From Octopus vulgaris (Eukaryota): a DNA stretch of 64,000 nt. Below are positions 37,215 through 50,887 of this stretch, one piece after another. Under the pieces are notes generated by a model. It ran no database searches and had not been told where the DNA came from. It saw only the letters and a program-made list of their open reading frames with translations. The stretch covers positions 67,766,001 through 67,830,000 of the forward strand of contig OX597823.1 in the NCBI GenBank assembly GCA_951406725.2, in the 5' to 3' direction. The position numbers and the translations under genes were made by a program. Positions within the stretch are counted from its first letter, which is position 1. Every line of letters begins with the position of its first letter.

Positions 37215-40200
37215 ATATATATATATATTTTCACCATCCTCATAAGTATTTTAAGTTATAATTTTAATGCTTGCATGAATCAGATGAATTTGTCGAGGCA
37301 GATTTTCTGTGGTCAGGTATGCTTCTTGGCTGCCAACCATCAATTGTTTCCAAGTAAGGTTTTATTTCTCATAGTCATTTGAACAAGGAAAAACTGAATG
37401 GTCATCAAGGTTTTGTGACTTATTGTAAGCACTGTTTTATGAATGTTTATTTCTATCTGTCAGCATGCAGATGTCAAGGCAAGAGAATGATGCATTCATA
37501 TACATACACATACAGACATGAATGCATGCACACACACACGAACTTCCTACAGTTTCTGTCTACCATTTCCACTCACATGATTTCAGTCAATCTAAGTCTA
37601 TGTTTGAAAGAAACATGTAAAAATAAAGAAGTGAATGATGTTAAGTGCTGTTTCATTGTTATGAATTTACAAGGAACACTACTGTTCCAGGAAAAGAAAT
37701 CAAGTTATGTTGACGAGTACTGTTCATTGTAGAAAATTGTGTGTTCTGAGAGAAGCTAAAAACATATTTGTGGAAGTGGTGATTACTTAAGCGTTAGAGT
37801 GAGAGTTCTTTTTACGGTCCAGTATTTTGACAGTCTTAATTATGGTTACTGACAAGATAGAGAATTTCCTTGCTGCCATGCTTTGTTGCTCATGATGTCA
37901 AGCTCCTGACACACCACCTGCCAGTCAAATTCTCTACTTTATCTTTGGATTTAGTCTCTGTTCTTATCCCATATCTGTAGTGACATCATCACTCAAAAAT
38001 CCAGGTTATGTTTCTTACAATTTGACTGACAGGATTTTTGCTGATGTCATCACACAGTTTGAAAGATCCTATTCATTGTTTACACATGCTATATATCCAA
38101 GGAAAACTGTCAATCTTAAAATTGAGGCAGAGATCTGCTACACACATTAATTTGCTATGCGATGGAATCTGACCCAGAGTATCTTGATTGTAAATGATTA
38201 TCTTAATCATGTGACAGTGCCTGTCTGTCCATATGTACATGAAATATACTAACATGTAGGGTTAAGATGATGATGAATTATAATAATAACCTTAAATTTT
38301 ATTTATTTTAATGGTATTCTTTAATAATTTTCGTTTTTAAATTATTTTTTAAAAATATAACATTGATAACTTTTTGATGCCTTTTCATAACATTGAATGT
38401 TTTAAACATTGTCACTTTTTTAAATACTTGTCTTTTTTTTTAAGCATTCCAACCATGACGATCTTGGAAAATATTAAAAAAATATTTGTTTAGTGCTATC
38501 TCACAAAACTAAACATTATTAAAAACAAGATGGGGGGAGTGGTGACCTTTCATGGGAGTGATAAAGAACACCCCCACCTGCCTACCACCACCAAAAAAAA
38601 AAGATCCAATCAAGATGCTGAGTCTATTTTTTGTATATTTATTATGAGTCCCAGTTATACTTACCTGAAGCCAAAAACCACTACATGTGTAGAGCAATTA
38701 ACAAACTTATTTTCTATTTCCATTTTTTTTTTATTTTGCAAAGCTTGAATTAAACACCAACATATCCATGAAGTGAGTCAAAAATGACTCAAAAATTGAT
38801 CATGATTCACAGCTTCAATTCATCAATGTTGCTTGTTAACTATCTGACATTCACAAGCAGCCAGTGCGTAATTTACAATTTAAAAGTTTCAGTTACTTTC
38901 TGTTTTTATTGAAAACGAATTGCGTTTCAAAGTTGTCAGCCCAAATGTATCATTCTTGTCATATTACTTGTTACAGTGCTGACTTACTAAGCTTGTCATT
39001 TCTTCAAGTCATTACACAATCAATATTTAATTTACTCTGAGAAGAAATATTCTTGGAGAATTACCCAAGTGCTGTTATTGCATTCTGTAGTTATATTACG
39101 TGACAAAATTATTTTCAACCAAGATGAAAATACATAACAAAATATTGTTATATAAATTATAGCAGTTTTAAATAAAAGGTCAAGGAAAAAATGTGCTGTA
39201 TTTTTTCCCCTCTTTTACATATCCTTTTAATCTTCATCAGTCAAAGCCAGAATTTATTTGAATGATTAAAAATTCAAGACACATTTTGCTATTACTAAAA
39301 TAGATATTTCTTGTAATATTTAGAAAAGGAAATTGTACAAGAGATGAACATGCATTAAAACAAAATAAAAGCAAAAAAAAAAAAAGAAATGAAAAAATCA
39401 TATGAAATGTGTACCTCCCAGGATTTGTTTCCTCATAACTTCCATAAAAATAGATATTTTTTAATGAAATTTTCTATGACTGTGTTTCAAATGGTGTAGA
39501 TTCCAATTATATTGGAATTTGTTGAGAAAAGGGTTTTCCAAGAGTGGAGAGGGGAGTTTCTGAAAATTCACACTAGCTGGCTTTGTTTCCTAATAACTAT
39601 CAGAAAAGTGGATATTTTTTAACGAAATTTTCTATAAATACCTTTCAGTTGTTGTATATTATGATTATATTGGAATTTGATATGGTAAAAAAAAATTGGT
39701 GGGCTTACACACACATAATGGCACATATTATAAAATGAAACTTGAGATTCTGAAAAAACATTGTGATGCATGTTAGTATGTATGTATGTGAGCCAACCAT
39801 TTTTTTTCCCTTTCATATCAGATTCTGATATAATCATAATCTACACCAATGGTTCCCAGAGTGGGTGGTAGTTCCCCAGCTGGTGTTCTCAGCTCCCTGA
39901 CTATATCCCTGATCACCGCTATTGGGGTGGAGATGAGTGTCTGCAAGTGTGAGTCAGAATGGCTGTTCCAATGTATCTTCCTTGCCATCCTCTGGGGCAA
40001 CACCTTCTCCATTTTGTCTGCTGGGATCATGTGGAAGTCTAACTTACAGGAAATAGTGCTTTCCACTTCTTAAAGTAAAGTTACTTGACATATATATATA
40101 TGTATATGTCTTTCTATTTAATTGATTACAAAAAGTCAAAATGTCAAAGAATTGAAAGCAGGAAAAAATACTGAAAGAAAAAAGTATAATTCAAGGATAT

Positions 40201-40402
40201 CCTCAAAAACAACCTCTCCCAAAACAAATAATTTTGCCATCTGCCAAACGAAATCCATAATACACATAGCCTCATTTATCACTGATTCATTTGTCGCTGA
40301 TCTGGAATAACACAGTACGCTAATTGTGGACTATGTTACACTTATCACGGATTGATCTGTGATAACATGGATTGACAATTCGTTGAAGATTCTGATTATA
40401 AT

Positions 40403-40595
40403 TATCATCATCGTCATCATTTAGCCTTTGTTTTCCATGCTGGCATGGATTGGATTGTTTGACTGGGGCTGGTAAGGCCAGGGAGATGCATCAGGCTTCA
40501 TTGTCTGCTCTGGCAGAGTTTCTATGGCTAGTTGCCCTTCCTAATGCCAACTACTTCACAGAGTGTACTGGGTGCATTTTACGTGGCACCAGCAT
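40403..40595 (-). mobile_element. Old RTE 3' end fragment
   Basis: ttccatgctggcatgg...gcccttcctaatgccaac...ttttacgtggcacc. Confidence 0.75.
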
Positions 40596-41764
40596 GATTG
40601 TACAGCAAAGATGCATCCCAGTGACCACCCACATTGCTCAGCTACCCAGAATGCACTGGCTATTGCTTGTGTTTACATGACCATGCTGCAAGACCATCTT
40701 TTCATATCCATCAATATGGGATCAGCAAAAAGAAAACAAATTTGATGGTACATGATCCTAGCAAACGGCACAAATAAGTATATTCTCTATAGGATAGAGA
40801 TGATCAAGAAAATATGGAAATTTTGTTGCTACACTATGGAAGTGTTGCACAAAATTCAGAAGTTTGCGACATTTAATCTGTTAACTTGTGTCTAACATGA
40901 ATGTGATTTTTGTAAATAGTATGCACAACATTGTCACTGGAGAATATTTTATGGAAATTGGATACTGCATAGGAAAGTCTAAAACCTCTGAAACATCTTA
41001 ATGAAAGAAAATAAAAAGTTATGTAACATAGAAATATAATAAAAATCTAATGAAAATTTCCACAATGAATGAAAGAAAACAAGAGATGGCAAGGGAATTT
41101 TGCTATGCAATCTAACAGATAATGGAAGAGATTGTAATTTTTAGACCTCCAATACATAATTAAAATCAATTATTCGTAAATCCTTAATTGTAGATACTAG
41201 GGAAATTACTTCAAAATCAAGTTCAAATTGTTTTGGGGTATTGTCACACTTCAAATGTAATTACATTCACGGTATAGCAGTTTAAAGTCACATTGAATTT
41301 ACACATACTTTTAAAGTCATTTTAAAAATAATTATTCATTGCATGTGTAGGACTAAAAATATATGATTTAGCATTATCTTCGTATCATCTTAATGAGGTT
41401 GATCTAATGAGCACTGGGTGTAAATTAACAGCCTTGAAGAACAGCTCTTTCAGCAGAAAGAACTGGAGAGAACTATCTTAGATATGACCAAATTGGATAG
41501 ATTTTCTTTGACACATTCTATTACAGGTACACCACCAATTTTCTGGCAACTGATGGTTTGGCACCTCCTTTAACCAGGATTAATTTTGAGGGGGATAGAT
41601 TTCAGGTTGGTGTTGTGTGTTCTGTGTGTTTACATGCATTATTTACACTGCATATGTAAGTGGTAATGCTGCTTATTTAAGCTTAAAGTTACCCTTAGCT
41701 AAAGCTACTAATATATGAGAACTGAGAGCAATAGGGGTACTGTCGAATGCAAATACCAATCCTT

Positions 41765-42102
41765 ATGGCTCAGTGGTTAGAACATTGAGTTCACAGTCAT
41801 AAGGTAGTGAGTTTGATTCTCAGACTGGGCTGTGTGTTGTGTTTTTGAACAAGACACTTTATTTCATGTTGCTCCAGTTCACTCAGCTGTAGAAATGAGT
41901 TGCAACATCACTGATGTGAAGCTGTATCAGCCTTTGCCTTTCCCTTGGACAACATCGATGGCGTGCAGATGGGAGGCTGCATGGATGACTGCTGGTTTTC
42001 TTTAAAAACACCTTGCCTGAACTTGTGCTTTGGAGGGGAACTTTCTAGGTGCAATTCCATGGTCATTCATGACTGAAGGGAGTGGGGGTCTTTACCCTTT
42101 AT
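41765..42102 (+). mobile_element. CORE-type tRNA SINE (family B-related subfamily)
   Basis: tggctcagtggttag, gagtttgattct, ttgaacaagacactttatttcatgttgctccag; tttacccttt tail. Confidence 0.8.
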
Positions 42103-42934
42103 TCAACCAAGATAAATTAGAACTATTCTATTAAATTTGAAGAAATTTTGTTAAGATAGAATAAGATAGAATGTTTAAAGAGATATCCAAGCAGAATGTG
42201 ACCCCTATAGCTTCAGCTTCAATCACTGCTGAAGTCCCTCTTGCAATATCTGATATACAAGCTGAAAGGATTAACTACAAAACAGACAGCTTCATCAACT
42301 TCCAGGCCTTAGTGATTTAATCATTAAAATTCTAAAATTTATCACCTTGGGAATAATAATGTTACTGCTTTGTAAGTATAGGAGTTAAATGAACTAATTT
42401 AATGCATAACTACCTCTATATCATTCATCAAATTCATATTTAATGTCCTGTTTTTGTACAATTCATGTTTTTAGCAGTTCATGGTTCTTTAGATGCATTA
42501 AATGTGTATAATTTGAAGTTGAGAGGTTTGTGAATGAATTGTTATTATCCTGTGATAATGGATGGTCTGGCAAAATGGTTAATTCATCAAAATTTTGGAA
42601 TCAGCATACTGGAAAATTGGTAGTGTACCTGTACTTGAGTGTTAAAATCACAACATTGCATTATTTGTATTTGTGATCAAAAGAATCAAATACTATCACA
42701 GTTTTAATGATAGCAATGTAGATAATATCTACAATTTTATTATTGTTGGTTTGTTTTGTTCAAGTGTCTAGACAAAAGAGTATTTGAGTAATTGTATAGT
42801 GATTAAGCAGAAAGCCATGTTACTTAGCTGATAAATGTTTGTTTTGAATTAAATGATTAGGAATATTTTATCTTTCTTAAAATGGATTCAAATTGGTTTG
42901 TTACATGTATTTAATAAACTGATTGGTCTATTAT

Positions 42935-43268
42935 GTTTCACTTGTTTCAGTCATTAGACTGTGGCCATGCTGGGGCACCCACCTTGAAGAATTTTTAGCC
43001 TGGTACTTATTCTATTGGTGTCTGTTGCTGAACTGCTAAGTTACAGTGATGTAAACACACCAGCACTGGTTGTCACGTACTGGTAGTGGGGGGACAAACA
43101 TGGACACAGAACTAAACATATATATACAAGGGGCTTCTTTCAGTTTCCATCTCAAATTATGGCCCAAGGCTATAGTAGAAGACAGATACCCAAGGTGCCA
43201 CACAGTGGGACTGAATCCCGAATCATGTGGCTGGGAAGCAAACTTCTTACTACACAGCCACATCTGTA
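42935..43268 (-). mobile_element. SINE family A
   Basis: Reverse-complement match with small deletions. Further partial copies at 15420-15575, 26300-26520, 31140-31250, 44095-44245, 45818-45970 and 47068-47350. Confidence 0.85.
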
Positions 43269-43762
43269 CTTAGTTCAATTTCTCTTTTTATGTACTGAGA
43301 CTAATCTTGCCAACCTTCCACACTAATGGAAATCTACAAAATACTAAAGGAAAAAGAATATAGGCTATGCAACTTTGTGAATTGTAAGATACCATCTGAA
43401 CCAAAAATTTTGAACATAGTGATTTAAAATAAAAGGGTAATTTAGTCCTTAAAGGGTATATTTTTGTATTCAAATTTAAGTCAATACATGTATCCATAAT
43501 AAATATAGAAGAGAATTCATCATCATCATCATCACTAAATAGAATTGTTTTATTAGAATGATTTAAAATACTAGATTTTGTATCATTGGTGATATTTTGA
43601 ACCTTGTACATATAATAAAGCTCACAAAAGAAACTTTATGCCAACCGAAAGGGAAAGGAAGGCATTTGTTGTTACTGTTGTGTACATCTATGTATTTCCA
43701 GAATGTATGTCTGAGAGAAAGAGAGTGAGAGACAGAAAGAAAGATGGAGAAAAAGAGAGTCT

Positions 43763-43836
<74 letters not shown>

Positions 43837-44261
43837 TGGTTGTAAGGTTTGCATGGCATAACTAGTTTGGTGCCCCTCCTTTACTTTCCTTTTGTTTCCT
43901 CATAACTTCCTGGAAATCACGATTATATTCATATAAATATCATTCTTCTTATGATCATTTTATGATCATTTTTATGATCATTTTTTTCTCCAACCTGATT
44001 TTTATTTCTTCATAAAATGCATATTTTTAAATGGCATTTTGCAAAAATGCAAAATGACAATCATTTTCCATTGAAATTAACAGCAAATAAATTTACTGTG
44101 TGAAAACATATTTGCTTCCCAACCACATACTTTCATGTTCAGTTCTACAGTGTGGTACCTAGGGCAAGTGTCTTCTACTGTAGCCCTGGGCCAACCAAAG
44201 CCTTGGGACTGGATGTGGTAGACAGAAACTGAAAGAAGCCTGTTGTGTATATATACCTTTA

Positions 44262-44325
<64 letters not shown>

Positions 44326-44329
44326 TACA

Positions 44330-45327
44330 TTATCATTTAACATCCATTGTCCATGCTGGCATGGGTTGAACAGTTGGACCAGGGCTGGCAAGCGGGAAGG
44401 CTGCACCAGACTCCAGTCTGATTTGGCATGATTTTTATCACTTGATGCCCTTCCTGACGCCAATGACTATGAGAGTGTAATGGGTGTCATTTGCATGACA
44501 CCAGTATCTGCTATGATTGCATAGCTGTTCACATGCAGGCATCATATAATCTGCCTGTCATTTTGAGGGAGAGGCCTTTGTTTCCAGCAGAAGTAGGAGC
44601 TCTCTCAACTTTGCCCACCCTAATATTATTCTAACAGCTATACTCTTGCAGCATCCACCTCTGCTACTAACTTGATCATCTAGATAAGGGAAAATATCTA
44701 CTACCTCTAGCTTACCCCATTGGCAGTTGATGGAGTCTATTTTCTCTACATTTTTTATGTTTATTTTACCTAAAAGCTAATTTTCCTGTTAACCTTCATC
44801 TGATATTGCTGCACTTCTTATGTCTCCATAGCTTACACTGGATACATTTTATGGAGTTTCTACCTATGCCTTTTCTACAGATGGAGCAGGGCCATCTACC
44901 TGAAGGGATTTGTAGTTTGTTTGCCTTCCTACTTATTAGGACTTTGGTTTTAGCTAGGTTGACTCTAAGGCCCTTCAATTCTAATCCTTGTTTCCACACC
45001 TGAAACTTTTCTAGTTCTGATAGTGACTCAGCAATTAGAATAAGCTCATCAGCATAGAGGAGCTCCCAGGGGCATCCTGTCTTAAATTCTTCTGTCATTG
45101 CCTGGAGAACTGTGATGAACAAGAGAGGGCTGAGGACTGATCCTTGGTGAACACTTACTTGTACCCTGAATTCTTCACTGTACTTGTTGCCAGCCCTCAC
45201 CTTACTGGTAGCATTTCTGAACATGGCTTCTACAGCTAGCTCCAACCACATGTTTGTCCCTAATTTCTGCATTGACCACCAGATAAGGGATTAGGGGACC
45301 TGTCAAAGGCTTTCTCCAAGTCAACAA
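44330..45327 (-). mobile_element. RTE LINE fragment: RT, Zn-knuckle insert and 3' end
   Basis: EKAFD, VHQGSVLSPLLF, ELLYADELIL, GLRVNLAKTK, CSICRKGIGRNSIKCIQC. Confidence 0.92.
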
Positions 45328-46264
45328 TATATATATATGACTGAATCAAAAATTATAATTATAAATAAAAATATTTTGAAATGAAAGTTTGCCAAATAAT
45401 TGAATTTGTGAAAATTACATTTTTAGCAAAATTGTAATCACCAATTTATATATAAAGAAAAATGTAAATCAGAAAATTGTTTTATAAATTCAAAAATTAA
45501 CAAGTCATGGTAAAGTGGGGAAGGGATAAAAAAACATGAAAAAATTTGAAATTTTGAATTTTTTCCAAGAATCATAGTGTTGGATACTCAAAAGCATAAA
45601 AGTCAATAATAAAAAGAAAAAAAATTAAAGATTGAAAAATTGCGAAAAAATTTGAGAAATATCTAATCTATGATGTTTAAAATAAACACCAAATGAAATA
45701 ACAGATTTGGGTCGTCTAGATAAATTCCAATTCTATAGGAATATTGAAAGTCTGAATATAATATGAAATAAACTATAGATGAAATGAATATTTGTTTATC
45801 ATGAAAAAAAAAGGGGACTCCTTTCAGTTCATGTCTACCAAATTTACTTACAAGGCTTTGGGCAGCCGAAGGCTATAAGTAAAAGTCACTTGCTCAAGAT
45901 GCCATGTAGGGGGATGAACCTAGAACCATGGGGTTGAGAAGCAAACTTCTTACCATGCTACCACATCTGTACATTAAAAGTGATATTCAGATAGAATCAG
46001 TAGGACTATATGCAAGAAGTCTTTGAATCACAGCTACAATCCATCTGAAACGAAACTTGGCCTGACCTGAAGAAACATTGAGAAACGCTTGCTTAAAGTT
46101 GTTGTTTAGCTTCATGTTGTTCCTGATCCTGCAGGCCTGTCATCAAAAGCATTACATCTGTGACCATTCTGTCTTTGTGCAACTGTCTAGGGACTATGTT
46201 ATTATGTATTCTTTTGTTTTATGATCAGAAAATAATTGGGAAAGTATTGACACTATTCAGCAAA

Positions 46265-46725
46265 ATCCAGATGAATGTGTTGAATAGGCTCCCTTTTTCA
46301 TTTCCCATACTTAAAGTGAAGTTGTTGAAGAGGGAAACCTAGGAAGACATGGGACAAAATATTGAAGCACAATCTCAAAACATTGAGCCTTATGAAGGAG
46401 ATGACTGAGAACTGAGATATGTGGTACATTGCTATACTCAAGAAGACCTGTCCACCACAACAAAATTGAGACCCTAAAACCAAGGTGTCATGTATAAAAC
46501 ACTGGTACTGGTGCCATGCAAAAAGCATTGGTGATGATGCCACATAAAAAGCACCCTGTAAACTCTGTAAAGTGGTTGTTGTTAGGTAGGACATCCAGCT
46601 GTAGGAACCAAATCAAAACAGACTATGGAACCTGGTTCAGCCCTTGGCCTTGCCAGTTCTTGTCAAGCCGTCCAACCCATGCCAGCATGAAAAATGGATT
46701 TTGAATATTGATGATGGTGATGATA
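46265..46725 (+). mobile_element. RTE LINE C-terminus and 3' UTR
   Basis: RGKPRKTW motif followed by the shared 3' end and (GAT)n tail. Confidence 0.8.
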
Positions 46726-48324
46726 CTTTAAGAAACAGCTATTCCAGACCTCTACCTTTCAATCTGATGTAAAAAGTGTGGGTTTATATTTATACTAATT
46801 CTTAAAAGAATTTTTTCTACATAAGCTTAGAGCTCAGATAAGTACTGTTCTGAATTTTGTCATTTGTACTTATTCTTTAATTAATAAATTTCTGCCTGTC
46901 CAAATGTAAGACATCAATATTTTCAATTTCAACTGTGGGCTGTCCCTAATATAAAGAGCTAAACAAAGAAGAAATAATGTAATTTCAGTCCTTTGTGAGT
47001 GCTGCGTGTGGAAATGGTTTTGGTTTTCTTTTAATGTTGAACCATTACCTTTTGTCTTACTTATTTAATTGGTCTCTTTTGCTGAACTGCTAAGTTACAG
47101 GGATGTAAACAAAACAAGTGGTTGTCAAGCAGTAGAGGTGGGGGACAAACACTTCCTCACACATACACTCACACACATATATACACACACACACACACAT
47201 GATGGTCTTCCACACAGTGTCTGTCTACCAAATTTACTCTCACAAGTCATTGGTTTGCCCAGGGCTATAGTAGAAGACATTTTCCTAAGGTGCTGCATAG
47301 TGGGACTGAAACCAAAATTATATTGTTGCAAAGTGAATTTCTCAAACACTAAGACTTGTCTGCAGGTTATGTCTGCAAAAATAAATAATGGGATAGTCAT
47401 TGGTTGCAAGAATTTGATTATAAGTCTGCTCAATCAGTGTTAGCCCAGGACTAAACAGCAACAACTACCACAGCTAAGAGCTGGTATGACTCAGCCCTTA
47501 TGAAGATATGTGCTTTGGTCATGAACATATAACATAACCATTAGGGTGTGATTTATCAAATTGTAGTTTGCTGTCTGAAATACTACTGATTAGGCTTCCA
47601 TTCCTTGAGTAAAATACACTTTATTCTGTCATCTTGGTGAAATTCCAGCTTTCTGCTATATGAAATATATATTGAATGAAACAGAATGTGATGTAGTTGC
47701 GTGTGTGTGTGTATATTACTCTACAGTATATATAACATGAATTATTCTAATGTTCTTAACTCTTCTGAGGTCAAAAGTAAGTAAATATATAAAAAAATTA
47801 AATGTCATATTTATAATGATATATGCTTCTTTCTAAATTTGTATGTTATATCAAAATAAATAACATTTACTTTGTAATACATATGTTTAAGCTTAGTACA
47901 TATTTAATCAATAAGAAACAGTGATTTTATCTTGATATCATTCAGGTGAGGAAAAAAAAATATAACAAAAAACAAAAAAATCTGTATTTAAATTAACAGT
48001 TACGATGGAAAAAATATAATCAGCTAAAAAGATATTAAAATGCTATATTAAACATTCACACACACAAAAAAAAAATGTAACATAAGATGAACAAAGAAAA
48101 TGGACGTATTTAGTTTCATACATATTATATTCATAGCGCCTATACAATAAGTGAAGGAAAAAGAAGGTGAAAAGAAGATTTGTAATGTATATTCAATCAA
48201 GTAAAGTAAAAGGTAATGGCCTAGAGTTTGTAGTGTTTAATAAATCAAGATTTTAAGTTATCTAAATATAAACAGGTAGGTTACGTAGACAAATTGCAGC
48301 AGAAACATTATATAAATATCAAAT

Positions 48325-48355
<31 letters not shown>

Positions 48356-48748
48356 ATGTATGTTGAATATATGTATGTATATGTATATATGAAAAAAATT
48401 AACAGAATGAGATAAAAATCCAAGGCTGTAAAAGATTTCAGAACATTTATAAATAGGTCTTACGGCTGTTTCCAGGATATTTTATATATCCTTTCATCCA
48501 AGACGGTGTGCGAAAATGGTCGAGCAATAGTTATTCTAGATAAGATATGAAATATAGAGTGAAGTGGAGGAATGAAAATAGATGTGAGATATGGAGGGAT
48601 ATTGTATCTGTAGTTCCATTATTTAGGCAGAACGGTATATATATAAGATTCCTGTACCTTGTGAGTAAGTTCCAATAGTATTTAAAATTGGTCATTCCAA
48701 GCACAGAGTTTGTAAACACTGTTATTGAATCGAGGTTTTTTTTTAAAG

Positions 48749-48786
<38 letters not shown>

Positions 48787-48851
48787 ATTATTATTATTAT
48801 TATTTATATTATTATATGTTCGAATGCCACGCATCCTTTTCCAAGTAAGTG

Positions 48852-48887
<36 letters not shown>

Positions 48888-49377
48888 TATGAGAAATACT
48901 GGTGTCAAGAAGACCCAAAGGTGTCAGGTAATGCTGAGTAAGTGCTATGGACAGACTATAGTTAAGCTACAGGTTTGGTGATTATGCGAATGAGGAGTCC
49001 AACGTAGGTCATATATTAGCATGCATATATATAAAAAATTAGCAGAATGAGATAAAAATCCAAGGTTGTGAAAGATTTCAGAACATTTATAAAGAGAAGG
49101 TCTTACAGCTGTTTACGGGATACTTTAAATATCCCTTCATTGGAAACTATGTGAGAAAATGATATGAAATAGAAAGTGAAGTGGAGGAATGAAAACAGAT
49201 GTGAGATATGCAGGAATATTGTATCTGCAGTTCCATTATCTAAGCAGAATGGTATGCATATAAGTTTCCTGTATCTTCAAAAAAACCCTTGATCCATTAA
49301 CATGGCTTACAAACTCTATGCTTGGAATGACCAATTTTAAATACTATTGGAACTTACACACAAGGTACAGGAAACAT

Positions 49378-49760
49378 TGACTGTGTGGTAAGTAGCTTGC
49401 TAACCAACCACATGGTTCTGGGTTCAGTCCCACTGCGTGGCATCTTGGGCAAGTTTCTTCTGCTGTAGCCCCGGGCCGACCAATACCTTGTGAGTGGATT
49501 TGGTAGAGGGAAACTGAAAGAATCCTGTCGTATATATGTATATATATATGTATGTGTGTTTGTGTGTCTGTGTTTGTCCCCCTAGCATTGCTTGACAACC
49601 GATGCTGGTGTGTTTACGTCCCCGTCACTTAGCGGTTCGGCAAAAGAGACCGATAGAATAAGTACTGGGCTTACAAAGAATAAGTCCCGGGGTCGATTTG
49701 CTCGACTAAAGGCGGTGCTCCAGCATGGCTGCAGTCAAATGACTGAAACAAGTAAAAGAG
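49378..49760 (+). mobile_element. Young SINE family A copy
   Basis: CpG-rich, close to the apparent family consensus. Confidence 0.92.
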
Positions 49761-49895
49761 TATACCATTCTGCCTAAATAATGGAACTGCAGATACAATA
49801 TCCCTGCACATCTCACATCTGTTTTCATTCTTCCACTTCACTCCCTATTTTACATCTTCTCTAGAATAACTATTGCTTAACCATTTTCTCACACT

Positions 49896-49943
49896 GTCTC
49901 TGATGAAGGGATATATAAAATATCCCGGAAACAGTGGTAAGGT
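49896..49943 (+). ncRNA. Minimal hammerhead motif
   Basis: gtct CTGATGA a gggatat..atatccc g GAAA cagtgg TA; sister copies supply the AGCT loop and the agac stem I partner. Confidence 0.7.
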
Positions 49944-50011
49944 AAAACCTTCTCTTTATAAATGTTCTGAAATCTTTCACAGCCTTGGATTTTTATCTCA
50001 TTCTGTTAATT

Positions 50012-50045
<34 letters not shown>

Positions 50046-50385
50046 ACTAAGATTCATTTGAATTAAGTACTTATATAGAAGCACCTTGTTAGGTCTGAGT
50101 AACAGGCATACTCAATAATATTAAATGGATATCAGTCTTGGTGCATAAGTGCTGCCATGTAATATTCTTGCAATGTATGCAGATAAGACCCAGCAGAGTG
50201 CAGAAGTCTGCTCTTAGCTATTCAGTCGTGTACTTTATATTAAAAATACTGTCTGTAATATTTACAAAGCGTAGATTCCAGTTTAGGTGAATAAAATATA
50301 AGTGAGTAACAAAGAGGTGCAGGTGTCAATTCATTATGACCATTTCTAATGACTCCTATAATTGATTAATGAGAACATTACATCA

Positions 50386-50764
50386 TTGCAAAGGAATCAT
50401 TTTTGTCAAATAAATTAATGTTCTTCAAACTTAAAGGACAGATCAACTTATTTAACGTAGTTAACAAATTCGTCAAGTAAAGATATTTACATTAATCCTG
50501 TTACCATTCAGTTGGCAGAATGAACATATCAGAAGAATGTATATTTGGTCAGAACAAAGAAGAATTTAGAGATTATTAGAGTTTATAGTAGTGTGAGGAG
50601 ATAACTGACCCAAGTGACCTAGTATTGTTCATTATGCCAACTGAATGGTAGCAGGATCAGTGTAAATATTTTTACTCAGTGAATTTGTTAACTATGTTAA
50701 ATTAGTTGAAGTGTCCTTTATGTTTGAAGATCATGAATTCATCTGATGAAAATGATTTCTTGCA
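50386..50764. repeat. Inverted repeat, ~140 bp arms with ~95 bp spacer (MITE-like)
   Basis: taccattcagttggca / tgccaactgaatggta and tagttaacaaattc / gaatttgttaacta. Confidence 0.85.
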
Positions 50765-50887
50765 TCCAGCCGTAGAAACCATGCCAACTCAGTCTGGTAC
50801 AGCCTTTCAGCTTGCCAGCCCTGGTCAAGCCATCCAACCCATGCCAACATGGACAATAGATGTTAAATGATGATGATGACCTATATA

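Larger units (their letters stand above)
48391..50010. mobile_element. Three pLTR-like copies (48391-48730 -, 49033-49375 -, 49761-50010 +), each with a hammerhead motif
   Basis: Shared cagaatgagataaaaatccaagg...gtgaagtggaggaatgaaaa; two tandem copies plus one inverted, a typical PLE terminus layout. Confidence 0.85.

Noticed and set aside
39818-40073. GC-richer patch with overlapping ORFs
   Set aside because: No recognisable motif or splice signals; it begins with a hAT-TIR-like fragment.
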